A stretch of DNA of 64,000 nt from a virus: IMG/VR virus record IMGVR_UViG_3300047476_001180, positions 2,603 to 66,602 of that record, one strand, 5' to 3'. The position numbers and the translations under genes are program-made. Position 1 is the stretch's first letter. The number at the start of each line of letters is the position of its first letter. Shown piece after piece: positions 63,327 to 64,000 of the stretch. The notes below the pieces were generated by a model. That model was not told where the DNA came from, made no database searches, and saw nothing but the letters and a program-made list of their open reading frames with translations.

Positions 63327-64000
63327 TTTTCCAAACGTATGCGTTCCATTTCGCGCGGTTTAATGATATAGTTCAGATAAAGTTGTCTGGATTGTTCCTC
63401 AGATATATGATAATATTCGGCACGAAGAAAGTGATGGAAATCATTATAACGTATCTTAAAAGGAACTTCAGGATGTTGGAAATTATACGTCCTGCGATTT
63501 CCAACATCGCAACAAACTTCTTCCTCCCTTACATTCCAAGTATTAATTGGATATTTATCGAGAACCTTTTTTAAGAATTCAAAGTTTCTGGCATTTCTCT
63601 CGATTATATGAGGTTGTCGTTCATAGGGGAGCTTCCACTTTTTCTTCAGTGGGTTTCTCTTTAAAGAAATTTAAAAATTTAAACATAGTTTTAATAAGTC
63701 TGTGTCGCAGAATGAGCCATTGCTTAGTTCACCGAGTTATCTCGCTCTCCCTCCATCTAAGGAGTCATTATCAAATATTTCAAATCAAGGGATTCTAGTA
63801 CAAATATAAGTCCAATGCGTTCCGTTTAACCATAGTAAATCGTGATATTTTCCATTAACAGATACTACAAGTGGAGCATTCGCATCGCGAGATTGCCATC
63901 TGGTTTTGTTTATAACAGTTTTGGATATTTTATTTGTTTCTGGTAATTTTAAATTTTGGGGTTGAAACAATTCTATTGCTTCGGCTTCTGAGATCGGAAA

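Noticed and set aside
52850-63700. Programmed frameshifts in broken small ORFs (about 53030, 54485, 60655, 61440, 63570)
   Set aside because: Most breaks sit at or near homopolymer runs with no stimulatory structure; sequencing indels or gene decay are simpler explanations.
1-64000. Stop-codon reassignment (common in large phages)
   Set aside because: Core genes are full length under the standard code, TAG and TGA end several genes, and no CUA/UCA suppressor anticodon was found.

Overview
64-kb segment of a large T4-like (contractile-tailed) bacteriophage genome, standard genetic code, AT-rich. Bases 1-47.9 kb hold the late/virion region, in scrambled order on both strands. It contains terminase, gp3/gp19-fold tube protein, sheath, major capsid, scaffold, protease, gp13/14/15, portal, gp6, gp25 and large fibre/baseplate proteins. 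A kinase, thioredoxin, phosphatase, MoxR-AAA/VWA pair, homing endonuclease and TM-PAS protein are interspersed. Almost every late gene has its own TAA(A/G)TA box 5-9 nt before the start codon, which predicts leaderless mRNAs. About 13 non-core proteins share an N-terminal peptide resembling the T4 capsid-targeting sequence. After a ~500-bp non-coding gap, bases 48.4-64 kb hold an early/accessory region, almost all on the minus strand, with many sigma70-like promoters (mostly 16-bp spacers). It includes DUF932, RuvB-like ATPase, tandem paralog arrays, a broken HNH gene and five tRNA-like genes, four of them non-canonical. Best candidates for new biology: (1) the putative head-cargo protein set including a kinase and a GNAT; (2) three promoter-driven structured non-coding RNAs at 49.5-50.3 kb; (3) aberrant tRNAs (72-nt D-loop, D-armless, Leu-like body with CAU, Glu-like body with odd anticodon loop); (4) a GC-rich attC-flanked, integron-cassette-like fragment; (5) a stand-alone copy of the sheath C-terminal domain. 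All calls come from reading motifs by eye; no database search was run. Several homopolymer frameshifts in the right third may be sequencing errors.
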